DNA of 64,000 nt. Source: Bacteroidota bacterium (GTDB taxonomy: Bacteria > Bacteroidota > Bacteroidia > Chitinophagales > Chitinophagaceae). Position 1 is the stretch's first letter, and each line of letters begins with the position of its first letter. The stretch is from contig JAFEAJ010000016.1 in assembly GCA_018266455.1 (NCBI GenBank), forward strand, positions 12,157 through 76,156, read 5' to 3'. A program made the translations under genes and the position numbers. Of this stretch, positions 9,058-18,204 are shown one piece after another. Under the pieces are notes generated by a model. That model ran no database searches. It saw nothing but the letters and a program-made list of their open reading frames with translations, and had not been told where the DNA came from.

Positions 9058-10362
9058 TCAACTGATATAAATTTCATTTTGGCGAGGCGGGCCATGTTTG
9101 ACCATTTGCCCTACATTTGCTACCAACATTCCTGAGAAAAGAACAATGGCAGCAAACAGCAACAGCACATTAATAAATGGCGCTTCAATATAAGCCATAT
9201 CGCATGCGCCTTGTATCATCAGCAGCAGTTCATTCAAAATAATTCCTGCCACAAAAATTTTAAACCCGTTAATTGATAGTTTGTTCACCCTGACCAGGTT
9301 TAATGTTTGCATATAGGTAATGATGAAGAGCGAGATAACGCCTAACAGAACAAGATGGAGATAACCGATAACAATTGGCCTGAAACCAAAGGCAAGCCTG
9401 CTTAAAGGAGGGATGACAGAAATTGCCTGAAGGACAAGTTTAACTGAAAGGGCAATAGCCACCAATGTAAATAAAACCTTTGAAAGCGGAGATAATGCTG
9501 CTTGTATCAGCTTGAGTTTTTTTCTGATCTGCAGCAACAACAGAAGCCAGCCTGCCAGTTGTAGCAAAGAGGCTACCACAACAAGAATATAAACCCACAA
9601 AGGAATATGCAGCCATAATACTGAAAGAAAATAAGCAGGGACGCATGCTGCCGCAAATAAATAATAGGCCTGCTGCATTGAACGGCCTGCGATGCCATAT
9701 TCTGTTAGCTGAAAAGAGAGTAACCCCATGCAGGCAAAGAAGAACCAACCGTCGTACTGGAAATGCAGAAAGAAATAAACTGATGCCAGGTAAACATCCT
9801 GGTGTATGTTTTTTGATGCCATCATGTAAGCCAGCGTGAATGGGCCAATCGAAGAGATCACATTGAAAAATAATGAAGCTTTGAACCAGGAATGACAGAG
9901 CCTATTTTGTTGTAGCCTGTTCAAATCTTTCCAGAAAAAAATAGCAAATAAGTAAGATACAAAAATAGAAAGGGTAGAAAACAAGATGGAAAGAAATGCG
10001 TACCCCATAAACGGAAAAGTAAACAACATTCCGTATGCAGATACGAGGTTTGCCAATAGTATCCAGCGGTAACGCTTGAATGCGTTTTCTTGCTGTTGCT
10101 TTACAAGATAGCCAACAAGCAGTGCCATCAGCGCTTGGGTTACCCATCCGGAAAATGCAAAATGAGAATGTGCGTGCAATAGGAACCGTTGGTTTACAAA
10201 AGGCAGGGAGAATGCGATCTTGTACCGCAATACAGTTCCCAAAAGCGCAATGACCAATAAGTTGAATAATGAAATCCGCAGCCACTTGCTTTGCATATTG
10301 TTCATTTCTTTTTGGGAGCAAAATAACAACCCGGTTATTTTTTGCATTATGATTTTTATCAT
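9058..10362 (-). CDS. Polytopic membrane protein with His-rich helices (NnrS-like or heme-copper oxidase-like; function uncertain)
   Basis: About 12 hydrophobic segments; motifs LHAHSHFAFSGW, FLHFQYDGW and YLHLVLLG; ORF overlaps the Crp/Fnr gene end by 4 nt. True start may be a downstream Met. Confidence 0.6.
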   Translation of the reverse strand: MIKIIMQKITGLLFCSQKEMNNMQSKWLRISLFNLLVIALLGTVLRYKIAFSLPFVNQRFLLHAHSHFAFSGWVTQALMALLVGYLVKQQQENAFKRYRWILLANLVSAYGMLFTFPFMGYAFLSILFSTLSIFVSYLFAIFFWKDLNRLQQNRLCHSWFKASLFFNVISSIGPFTLAYMMASKNIHQDVYLASVYFFLHFQYDGWFFFACMGLLSFQLTEYGIAGRSMQQAYYLFAAACVPAYFLSVLWLHIPLWVYILVVVASLLQLAGWLLLLLQIRKKLKLIQAALSPLSKVLFTLVAIALSVKLVLQAISVIPPLSRLAFGFRPIVIGYLHLVLLGVISLFIITYMQTLNLVRVNKLSINGFKIFVAGIILNELLLMIQGACDMAYIEAPFINVLLLFAAIVLFSGMLVANVGQMVKHGPPRQNEIYIS

Positions 10363-10961
10363 ATAGCCTTACAGTACACTTTGCCTTTTAAAATTTTTAT
10401 TTCCCCTTTTTCATGAAGGTGCCGCATGCTGCGGATAACAGTTTCCACGCGAAGCCCGGTCATATCTGCAATTTGCTGGCGGGTGAGTTTGATTTGATTG
10501 CATTTCGGGCAAATATTTTTTTTTGACTGCTTGAAATAATCAATCAAAATCGAAATGCGGTGTTCGGAATCGGCGCAGGCAAGTTCTTTCAATAACAAAA
10601 ATTTAAAGCGCAACCTTTGTGTGAGCATTTTATCGAATTCAAAATGTATCTCAGGCTCTTCTTTCAACAACTGAAGAAAGCTTGATTTGTGAAGGCGGAT
10701 CACCACTGAATTTTCGTTGGCTATTGCCGAAGAAGCATAGGGGGAATCGTCGAACAAAGGAAACTCCCCAAAGCATTCTCCGGGCTGAATAAAATCATGA
10801 ATAAATTCTTTCCCTTCATCATTGATGTCTACCCAACGTACCGAACCGCCAGCTAACTGATGATAGAAAATACATTGTTGCCTTTCACTGAAGATTGTTT
10901 CTCCAGCAGTTACTTTTTTGTAGGTAGCGCCCCATGCCAGAAGTGTATCGATGCCAATCAT
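10359..10961 (-). CDS. Crp/Fnr family transcriptional regulator
   Basis: cNMP-binding fold (GECFGEFPLF, YASSAIA) and HTH LTRQQIADMTGLRVETVIR; start taken at MIGIDTLL. Confidence 0.92.
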   Translation of the reverse strand: MIGIDTLLAWGATYKKVTAGETIFSERQQCIFYHQLAGGSVRWVDINDEGKEFIHDFIQPGECFGEFPLFDDSPYASSAIANENSVVIRLHKSSFLQLLKEEPEIHFEFDKMLTQRLRFKFLLLKELACADSEHRISILIDYFKQSKKNICPKCNQIKLTRQQIADMTGLRVETVIRSMRHLHEKGEIKILKGKVYCKAI

Positions 10962-11060
10962 CGTATTGTGTTTTGATAAATAGATAATTCGATAATATAT
11001 AAAAACGCGCAAACCTCCTTAATTCAGCAACAAAGGGTAATGAGATTAAATAGTACACCA

Positions 11061-11076
11061 TATGACAATAATCATA
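11061..11076. promoter_or_regulatory. Crp/Fnr-type palindrome TATGA-CAATAA-TCATA
   Basis: Perfect 5-6-5 inverted repeat on the regulator side of the divergent intergenic region. Confidence 0.65.
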
Positions 11077-11186
11077 GCGCAGGCATTGCTGAAATCGCCA
11101 AAACCAATAGAATGCAGCACAGGCAAGGGTCTTAAAGTTTTTGTGAAATTAATAAAAAAAACGATTCTGGTCAGTATGAGCCAGAA

Positions 11187-11202
11187 TATGACATAACTCA
11201 TA
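11187..11202. promoter_or_regulatory. Crp/Fnr-type palindrome TATGA-CATAAC-TCATA
   Basis: Second perfect copy, about 50 bp upstream of the cytochrome c start and 21 bp upstream of a -7-like box (TAATCTTG, 11224-11231). Confidence 0.65.
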
Positions 11203-11253
11203 AAATGACAGCAGGCGTACGCTTAATCTTGCATAAAATTTAAAGATTTCATT

Positions 11254-11733
11254 ATGAAAAAAATAATTGTAACCGGGCTAATGGCTGCGTTGGTTATTGC
11301 ATGCGGCAGTAACAATTCCGGGGAGAACCAAGCTCCTTCTTCTCCCGCTTCATCTGATCAAAGTTCTTCATCCGGCAACCCTTCTTACGATCCGAACCGG
11401 GGAGCGGGGAAATTTACAAAAGTAGAAATATCTGCTAGCCTGGATGCAGCCAAAGCAGAAGCCGGAAGCAAAGTGTACTCGGTTAAATGCAGCGCCTGTC
11501 ATAAGCTGACTGATGAAAAATTAGTTGGCCCTGGATGGAAAGGCGTTACCAGCAGGCACAGTGCTGAATGGATCATGAATTTTGCTACTAACACAGATGA
11601 AATGCTTACAAAGGACCCAAAAGCGCAAGCACAATTAGAAATTTGCCTGGTGCGAATGCCAAACCAAAATTTAACAGATGATGATGCAAGGAATGTATAT
11701 GAGTTTATGCGAAAAAATGATGGGATAAAATAG
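11254..11733 (+). CDS. Monoheme cytochrome c lipoprotein of the nos cluster
   Basis: Lipobox VIAC; CSACH heme motif; VGPGW; distal Met candidate in LVRMP. Confidence 0.9.
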   Translation: MKKIIVTGLMAALVIACGSNNSGENQAPSSPASSDQSSSSGNPSYDPNRGAGKFTKVEISASLDAAKAEAGSKVYSVKCSACHKLTDEKLVGPGWKGVTSRHSAEWIMNFATNTDEMLTKDPKAQAQLEICLVRMPNQNLTDDDARNVYEFMRKNDGIK

Positions 11734-11792
11734 TAAGAAATGTTTCAGTTAATCAGTAAATTATTTTTTGACCTTCAATAATGTATTTCAAT

Positions 11793-13784
11793 ATGAAAAA
11801 AAATCAAGTATTGCCATTATATGTTTTAGCAGCAGTTGTTCTGCTGGGAACATATTCTTGCAAACCAAGAAACGCAGGCAGCGCTGTTACTTCAGGAGCT
11901 GCTGAGAAAGCTTATGTAGCCCCGGGAAAATATGATGAGTTCTATAATTTTGTTTCTGGCGGTTTCAGCGGGCAAATGAGTGTTTATGGCATCCCCTCAG
12001 GGAGGTTGCTTCGCGTAATCCCGGTATTCTCTGTTGACCCGGAGAAAGGTTATGGCTATTCAGAAGAAACAAAACCTATGCTGAATACATCTCATGGCTT
12101 TGTTCCATGGGATGACCTTCACCATACTGAACTTTCACAAACAAATGGAGAAATTGACGGACGATGGGTTTTCGGCAACGCTAATAATACCCCTCGTGTT
12201 GCACGGCTCGATCTTACTACGTTTTCTACCGCTGAAATTATTGAGCTGCCTAATAGCGCAGGCAACCACTCTTCCCCTTTTATTACCGAAAACACAGAAT
12301 ATGTAGTAGCAGGAACAAGGTTCAGTGTCCCACCGGATAATGTGAACGGTGATGTTCCTATCAATACATACAAGAAAAATTTTAAAGGCTACCTCAGCTT
12401 TATCAGTATTGGCAAAGAAGGCCAGATGGATATTGCATTCCAGATCCAATGCCCTGGGGTGGACTTTGATTTAAGCCATGCAGGCAAAGCTAAATCGCAC
12501 GACTGGTTTTTCTTCACGTGCTATAACAGCGAACGGGCAAATACCTTGCTGGAAGTGAACGCCTCTCAAAAAGACAAAGATTTTATTCTTGCTTTGAACT
12601 GGAAAAAAGCGGAAGAGTATGTAAAAGCAGGCAAAGGAAAGAAAGTGGCAGTTAAATATGCCCACAACGTTTATAACGAAAAAACACACACTGCCACTTC
12701 TGAAATCAGGAATGAAGTAACTGTTCTGGATTCAAAAGATTTTTCTGATCTGTGCTATTTCATTCCCTGCCCCAAATCACCTCATGGTTGTGATGTTGAC
12801 CCGACAGGAGAATATATAGTAGGGAGCGGGAAACTGGCAGCGCTGATCCCTGTTTTCAGTTTTGATAAATTGCAAAAAGCAATTGCCAACAAAGAATTTG
12901 ATGGCAATTATGAGGGCATCCCTGTTGTGAAATACGAGTCAGCATTGTATGGAGAAGTGCAGAAACCTGGCCTTGGCCCCTTGCATACCGAGTTCGATGG
13001 GAAGGGCAACGCTATTACTTCCTTTTTCGTTTCTTCAGAGCTGGTGAAATGGAATATTAAAGATTTGAAAGTCCTTGACAGAGTGCCCACTTATTATTCT
13101 GTAGGCCACCTTTGCATACCAGGCGGCGATACCAGAAAGCCAAATGCAAAATATGTGATCGCTTATAACAAAATTACAAAAGACCGCTACTTGCCAACAG
13201 GGCCTGAACTGGCTCAAAGTGCGCAATTGTTTGATATCACCGGTGATAAAATGCAGTTGATCCTTGACTTCCCTACCATTGGAGAACCTCACTATGCACA
13301 GGCTGTATCTGCCGACCTGATAAAAAGCAAGTCAGTGAAATTTTTCAACATCAACGATAACGCCAATCCTTACGTGTCAAAAGGGGAGCCCGAAGCAAAA
13401 GTTGTTCGTGAAGGAAATAAAGTGCATGTGTACATAACATCTATCCGCTCGCACTTTAACCCTGATAATATAGAAGGCATTAAAATTGGCGATGAAGTGT
13501 ATTTCCACGTAACAAACCTTGAACAGGACTGGGACATACCTCACGGGTTTGCGGTTAAAGGAGCGCCAAACGGGGAGCTGCTGATTATGCCCGGCAGTAC
13601 CCAAACACTGAAATGGGTGCCCGACAGAGTGGGGATATTCCCCTTCTACTGTACTGATTTCTGCAGCGCTTTGCACCAGGAAATGCAAGGCTATGCAAGG
13701 GTTTCTCCGGCAGGCAGCACTGTGCCGCTAATGTTTAGTACCGGCAAAAACCTGCCCCCATCAGACTCAACTTCAGCAAAATGA
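11793..13784 (+). CDS. nosZ: Nitrous oxide reductase, clade II (Sec-dependent)
   Basis: CuZ His motifs DDLHH, GNHSS, SPHG, PLHT, EPHY; CuA motifs PHGF and YCTDFCSALHQEM; no twin-Arg; lipobox-like GTYSC. Start taken at MKKNQ. Confidence 0.97.
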   Translation: MKKNQVLPLYVLAAVVLLGTYSCKPRNAGSAVTSGAAEKAYVAPGKYDEFYNFVSGGFSGQMSVYGIPSGRLLRVIPVFSVDPEKGYGYSEETKPMLNTSHGFVPWDDLHHTELSQTNGEIDGRWVFGNANNTPRVARLDLTTFSTAEIIELPNSAGNHSSPFITENTEYVVAGTRFSVPPDNVNGDVPINTYKKNFKGYLSFISIGKEGQMDIAFQIQCPGVDFDLSHAGKAKSHDWFFFTCYNSERANTLLEVNASQKDKDFILALNWKKAEEYVKAGKGKKVAVKYAHNVYNEKTHTATSEIRNEVTVLDSKDFSDLCYFIPCPKSPHGCDVDPTGEYIVGSGKLAALIPVFSFDKLQKAIANKEFDGNYEGIPVVKYESALYGEVQKPGLGPLHTEFDGKGNAITSFFVSSELVKWNIKDLKVLDRVPTYYSVGHLCIPGGDTRKPNAKYVIAYNKITKDRYLPTGPELAQSAQLFDITGDKMQLILDFPTIGEPHYAQAVSADLIKSKSVKFFNINDNANPYVSKGEPEAKVVREGNKVHVYITSIRSHFNPDNIEGIKIGDEVYFHVTNLEQDWDIPHGFAVKGAPNGELLIMPGSTQTLKWVPDRVGIFPFYCTDFCSALHQEMQGYARVSPAGSTVPLMFSTGKNLPPSDSTSAK

Positions 13785-13857
13785 TTACCCTTGGCCAACT
13801 GCATGCAGTTACCGGTTTGCAGTTGGCTTTCATATTTTCTAACTCCTCAATATGATT

Positions 13858-14427
13858 TTTATGAAAAATATTTATCTGGTCTTGACATTGTTTGTGGCCT
13901 TCAATATTTTTTCGTGCAGTAATGAACCTGAAAAACAACCCGAACAGGCTACAAACACTCAGCCGCCTGCGAGCGGCGGGCAGGAAAATGTAAAAGATGA
14001 TGAGTCGCAAAAAGATGTTGTGAAAGCGGCCATGGGATCCAAAGACCATACCACTTTGGTTGCAGCAATCAAACAAGCCGATTTGGTTACCACGCTTTCA
14101 AATGCCGGGCCATTCACCGTTTTTGCGCCCACCAATGCCGCTTTTGATAAACTTCCGGCAGGCACTGTCGATGGCCTGATGAAACCTGAAAAAAAAGAGG
14201 CCCTGACGAATATCTTAGAATATCATGTAACCGTGGGAGTGCTGAAACCTGAAAGCTTTGCCGACGGCCAAAGCCTGGGAATGGTGAATGGTGATAATGT
14301 GAAGGTGACCATAAAAGACGGAAAGGTAATGCTGAACAATTCGGCAACTATAACAGCTTCTATACCGGTTTCAAACGGCATTATTCACGTTGTTGATGCC
14401 GTGCTATTGCCACCTGAAAAAAAATAA
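13858..14427 (+). CDS. Fasciclin (FAS1) domain lipoprotein
   Basis: FTVFAPTNAAF, ILEYHV and NGIIHVVDAVL FAS1 motifs; lipobox IFSC. Confidence 0.92.
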   Translation, partial: FMKNIYLVLTLFVAFNIFSCSNEPEKQPEQATNTQPPASGGQENVKDDESQKDVVKAAMGSKDHTTLVAAIKQADLVTTLSNAGPFTVFAPTNAAFDKLPAGTVDGLMKPEKKEALTNILEYHVTVGVLKPESFADGQSLGMVNGDNVKVTIKDGKVMLNNSATITASIPVSNGIIHVVDAVLLPPEKK

Positions 14428-14459
14428 ATTTTTAATTTGACGGACATAAAAAAGTTTTT

Positions 14460-15065
14460 ATGGAAAAAGGCAAGTTAAGCCCCATCGTTAGGATACTTCT
14501 GTTAGCCGGTGCAATAGCGCTAACAGTAAGCATTTTTGTCCCGATATGGCAAATTGATTTAGATGCTCCGCAATATCCAGAAGGGCTGACCCTGCTCATA
14601 TTCAGTAATAAATTAGGGGGCAATGTGGATATCGTGAACGGGCTTAACCATTATATCGGGATGAAGACCCTGCATGCTGAAGACTTTATTGAATTCACCG
14701 TACTCCCTTACCTGATTGGTTTTTTTGCATTTGCTTTTTTGCTCACATCACTTATTGCAAAAAAGAAACTGTTATATGTGTTACTGATTGTTTTCATCCT
14801 TTTTGGAATTGTGGCAATATTTGATTTCTGGAGATGGGAATATAATTACGGACATAACCTAAACCCGGAAGCGGCAATTATAGTGCCGGGCATGACCTAC
14901 CAGCCACCTTTAATAGGGTTTAAACAATTGCTTAATTTTGGTGCTTATTCCATTCCTGCGCTTGGGGGATGGTTGTTTATAAGCTCAGGAATATTGCTCG
15001 TGATCAGCGTTTTTCTTTCAACAAAAAAAAAAAGTTCAACCCGGCATTTGAAAAATCTTCAATAA
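14460..15065 (+). CDS. nosB: NosB-type membrane protein of clade II nos clusters (possibly the N-terminal half of a NosB-NosL fusion)
   Basis: WQIDLDAPQYPEGL, NGLNHYIGMK and YNYGHNLNP motifs; about 4 TM segments; sits between nosZ and nosL. Confidence 0.78.
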   Translation: MEKGKLSPIVRILLLAGAIALTVSIFVPIWQIDLDAPQYPEGLTLLIFSNKLGGNVDIVNGLNHYIGMKTLHAEDFIEFTVLPYLIGFFAFAFLLTSLIAKKKLLYVLLIVFILFGIVAIFDFWRWEYNYGHNLNPEAAIIVPGMTYQPPLIGFKQLLNFGAYSIPALGGWLFISSGILLVISVFLSTKKKSSTRHLKNLQ

Positions 15066-15481
15066 TAGTACCTGGCTTGCTGTTGATGATCAGCCTCAAC
15101 AGTTGCAACCCGGGACCGCAACCCATTGCGCCAGGAAAAGACAATTGCGCATTCTGCAAAATGATGGTTACTGATTTGCGCTATTGTTCAGAAATAGTAA
15201 CTAAAAAAGGAAAGACCTATAAGTTTGATGACCCGCATTGCCTGATGTCTTTCCTTCATGCGAGCGAAGTTAAACAAGGTGAAATCCGGGACATTTACTT
15301 TGCAGACTTTACCGATAACCGACATTTCATTAAGGCAGGCGAAGCCGTTTTTTTTCAAAGCGATTCGCTGGCAACCCCCATGAACGGCAATATTGCAGCT
15401 TTTACAAATACACAAACCCTTCAGCAGGCGATGAAAAACCATGACGGCAAAATTTTGCATTGGAACGACATCAATAAATGA
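14969..15481 (+). CDS. nosL: NosL copper chaperone; 5' end uncertain (see A11 finding)
   Basis: CAFCKMMV, KFDDPHCL and TPMNGNI motifs; lipobox-like LNSC. Confidence 0.85.
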   Translation: MVVYKLRNIARDQRFSFNKKKKFNPAFEKSSIIVPGLLLMISLNSCNPGPQPIAPGKDNCAFCKMMVTDLRYCSEIVTKKGKTYKFDDPHCLMSFLHASEVKQGEIRDIYFADFTDNRHFIKAGEAVFFQSDSLATPMNGNIAAFTNTQTLQQAMKNHDGKILHWNDINK

Positions 15482-16713
15482 AAAAAATATTATTATACGC
15501 ATTGCTTTTCTGCACCTGCTTTTCATTGTATGCAAATACGATAAAAGTAGGCCGGAACGAAAATATCTCAACTATCGCCAAAGGAATTGCGCTAGCCGCA
15601 AATGGAGATACTGTGCTGGTTGGCCCGGGGCTATATAAAGAGCATGGCCTCATAGTCAACAAATCAATTTTGCTGAAAGGGGCCAATAATCCGGTCATTG
15701 ATGGAGAAAACAAATTTGAAGTGGTCGCAATCACTGTCAGCAATGTTACTATAGAGGGGTTTACGGTTATCAATTCAGGTTCTTCTTCAGTAGAAGATTA
15801 TGCAGGGATCAAGATCATCAACAGTAAAAATGTCATCATCAGGAACAATATCCTTCAGAACAATTTTTTCGGAATTTATTCCCAACATGGCACCCATTGC
15901 AGGATTGAAAATAATCGCATCAGTTCAACTGCTGTGTCGGAGCAACTGAGTGGCAATGGCATTCATTGCTGGAAGAGCGATAGCATGTACATTATCGGGA
16001 ACAAAATGAATGGCAACAGGGACGGGATCTATTTTGAATTCGTTACCAATTCTGTCATCAGCAGAAACGAGTCTTTCAAAAATGTACGCTACGGACTGCA
16101 TTTTATGTTCTCCAACAACGATGCTTATATCAGCAACCTCTTTCACAACAATGGTTCCGGTGTAGCAGTAATGTATTCGCATGGGGTAAGCATGATCCGC
16201 AATTTCTTTTTTGAAAACTGGGGAGATGCAGCTTATGGGCTGCTGCTGAAAGAAATTGCTGACAGCTATATTGATAACAATTCATTTGAAAAAAATACCA
16301 GCGGGATTGTGATGGAAGGAGCAAGCCGCATCCAGGTGCAGCGTAATTCTTTCAATAGAAATGGCACAGCATTGCGCATACAAGCCAGTTGCATGGACAT
16401 CGATATCAAAAAAAACAATTTTATCGGCAACACTTTCGACGTGTCTACCAACGGGTCGCTGGTGCTGAATTCCTTTAAAGGAAATTTTTGGGACAAATAT
16501 GAAGGCTATGATTTGAACAGAGATGGCATCGGCGATGTGCCATACCGGCCGGTAAGCTTATATTCTATGATCATTGAGAAAAATCCGCCTGCCATGATTT
16601 TATTCAGGAGCTTTATGTCGTCATTGCTGGATAAAACCGAAAGGGTACTGCCCGGTCTGACACCCGAAGCGCTAAAGGACGATAACCCATTAATGAAACC
16701 ATTAAAGTTATGA
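15478..16713 (+). CDS. nosD: NosD periplasmic CuZ maturation protein (parallel beta-helix)
   Basis: GIHCWKS, RDGIYFEF, RYGLHFMFS, GNFWDKYEGYDLNRDGIGDVPY. Confidence 0.93.
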   Translation: MKKILLYALLFCTCFSLYANTIKVGRNENISTIAKGIALAANGDTVLVGPGLYKEHGLIVNKSILLKGANNPVIDGENKFEVVAITVSNVTIEGFTVINSGSSSVEDYAGIKIINSKNVIIRNNILQNNFFGIYSQHGTHCRIENNRISSTAVSEQLSGNGIHCWKSDSMYIIGNKMNGNRDGIYFEFVTNSVISRNESFKNVRYGLHFMFSNNDAYISNLFHNNGSGVAVMYSHGVSMIRNFFFENWGDAAYGLLLKEIADSYIDNNSFEKNTSGIVMEGASRIQVQRNSFNRNGTALRIQASCMDIDIKKNNFIGNTFDVSTNGSLVLNSFKGNFWDKYEGYDLNRDGIGDVPYRPVSLYSMIIEKNPPAMILFRSFMSSLLDKTERVLPGLTPEALKDDNPLMKPLKL

Positions 16714-17417
16714 TCATTGCCAGTAATGTGTCGAAAAAATTTAAGAAGCTGACCGTTTTGGAAAACGTGTCGTTGAACTGTATAAAGGGAGAGTGCATCG
16801 CATTGATTGGCCCGAACGGCAGCGGCAAAACAACACTTATCAAAACGATCCTGGGCATGGTAGTGCCAGACAGTGGGTTTATAACCTTCAATGGCAGGAA
16901 TATTTTGCACGACTGGAAATACCGTTCACACATCGGCTATATGCCCCAAATAGGCCGTTATCCTGATAACATGACAATAGGCCAGGTGCTGAGTATGATG
17001 AAAGACATTAGGGCACACAAAGAAAAAACCTTTGATGAAGAACTGATCTATGCATTCGGATTAAACATATTGCTAAATAAACGGATGCGCACATTATCAG
17101 GTGGGACGAGGCAAAAGGTGAGCGCTTGCCTTGCCTTCCTGTTCGATCCGGAAGTGCTCATACTGGATGAGCCGACTGCAGGGCTGGACCCGCTCTCTTC
17201 TGAACTTTTAAAAGACAAGATCAGGAAAGAAAAACAAAAGGGCAAGCTTATTATGATCACTTCGCATATCCTTAGTGAACTGGACGACCTTATCACACAG
17301 GTAATTTATATGCAGGAGGGGAAATTGGTATTTCACAAAAATATTGATGACCTGCGTAAGGAAACAGGAGAACAGAAACTGTCAAAAGCCATTGCATCCG
17401 TTATGATAAAAAAATAA
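16710..17417 (+). CDS. nosF: NosF ABC ATPase
   Basis: Walker A GPNGSGKT, signature LSGG, Walker B ILDEP; overlaps the nosD stop. Confidence 0.9.
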   Translation: MIIASNVSKKFKKLTVLENVSLNCIKGECIALIGPNGSGKTTLIKTILGMVVPDSGFITFNGRNILHDWKYRSHIGYMPQIGRYPDNMTIGQVLSMMKDIRAHKEKTFDEELIYAFGLNILLNKRMRTLSGGTRQKVSACLAFLFDPEVLILDEPTAGLDPLSSELLKDKIRKEKQKGKLIMITSHILSELDDLITQVIYMQEGKLVFHKNIDDLRKETGEQKLSKAIASVMIKK

Positions 17418-17421
17418 ATGC

Positions 17422-18189
17422 ATGATAAAAATTGTTAAATATGTTATTGTGGATATCCTGCGAAATAAAATCGTAATCGCTTACACAGCCTTCCTGCTTG
17501 CGATTTCTCTGAGTATTTTTAACCTGGAAGACAATACTTCAAAAGGCTTGCTAAGCCTGCTGAATATCATATTGATCATCATCCCGCTGGTATCCATTAT
17601 TTTTTCTACCATTTATGTCTACAATAGCTCTGAGTTCCTAGAACTGCTGGTGAGCCAGCCATTGAAGAGAAAGAATATATGGATGAGCCTTTTTGCAGGC
17701 CTTGCTATTTCTCTTTCGTTTGCATTTTGTATAGGAGCTGGGATACCAATTATTTTATATGCAGCATCTTCCACAGGGTTCGTGATGCTTGGAATGGGCC
17801 TCATCTTATCCATCGTGTTCGCTTCGGTAGCCATGTTAAGCGCAGTAATGATCCGCGATAAAGCCAAGGGGATCGGCATTTCCATTTTACTGTGGCTGTA
17901 TTTTTCATTGCTGTTCGATGGGATGGTTTTGTTCATATTGTTCCAGTTTGAAGATTATCCGCTGGAAAAAATAATGGTTGCAATTACTGCATTTAACCCA
18001 ATAGATCTTGGGCGGATCCTGATTTTGCTAAAAATGGATATTTCAGCGATGATGGGCTATACGGGAGCAATATTCAGGGATTTTTTTGGCACCGGAACCG
18101 GGTTTTTTATCGCATTGCTTGTGATGCTGCTTTGGGTTGCAGTACCTGCCTGGCTATCTGTCAGGACCTTTAACAGGAAAGACCTGTAA
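17422..18189 (+). CDS. nosY: NosY ABC permease
   Basis: 6-7 TM segments; ELLVSQPLKR and FNPIDLGRI; follows nosF. Confidence 0.87.
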   Translation: MIKIVKYVIVDILRNKIVIAYTAFLLAISLSIFNLEDNTSKGLLSLLNIILIIIPLVSIIFSTIYVYNSSEFLELLVSQPLKRKNIWMSLFAGLAISLSFAFCIGAGIPIILYAASSTGFVMLGMGLILSIVFASVAMLSAVMIRDKAKGIGISILLWLYFSLLFDGMVLFILFQFEDYPLEKIMVAITAFNPIDLGRILILLKMDISAMMGYTGAIFRDFFGTGTGFFIALLVMLLWVAVPAWLSVRTFNRKDL

Positions 18190-18204
18190 CATATTGTTCT
18201 GACC

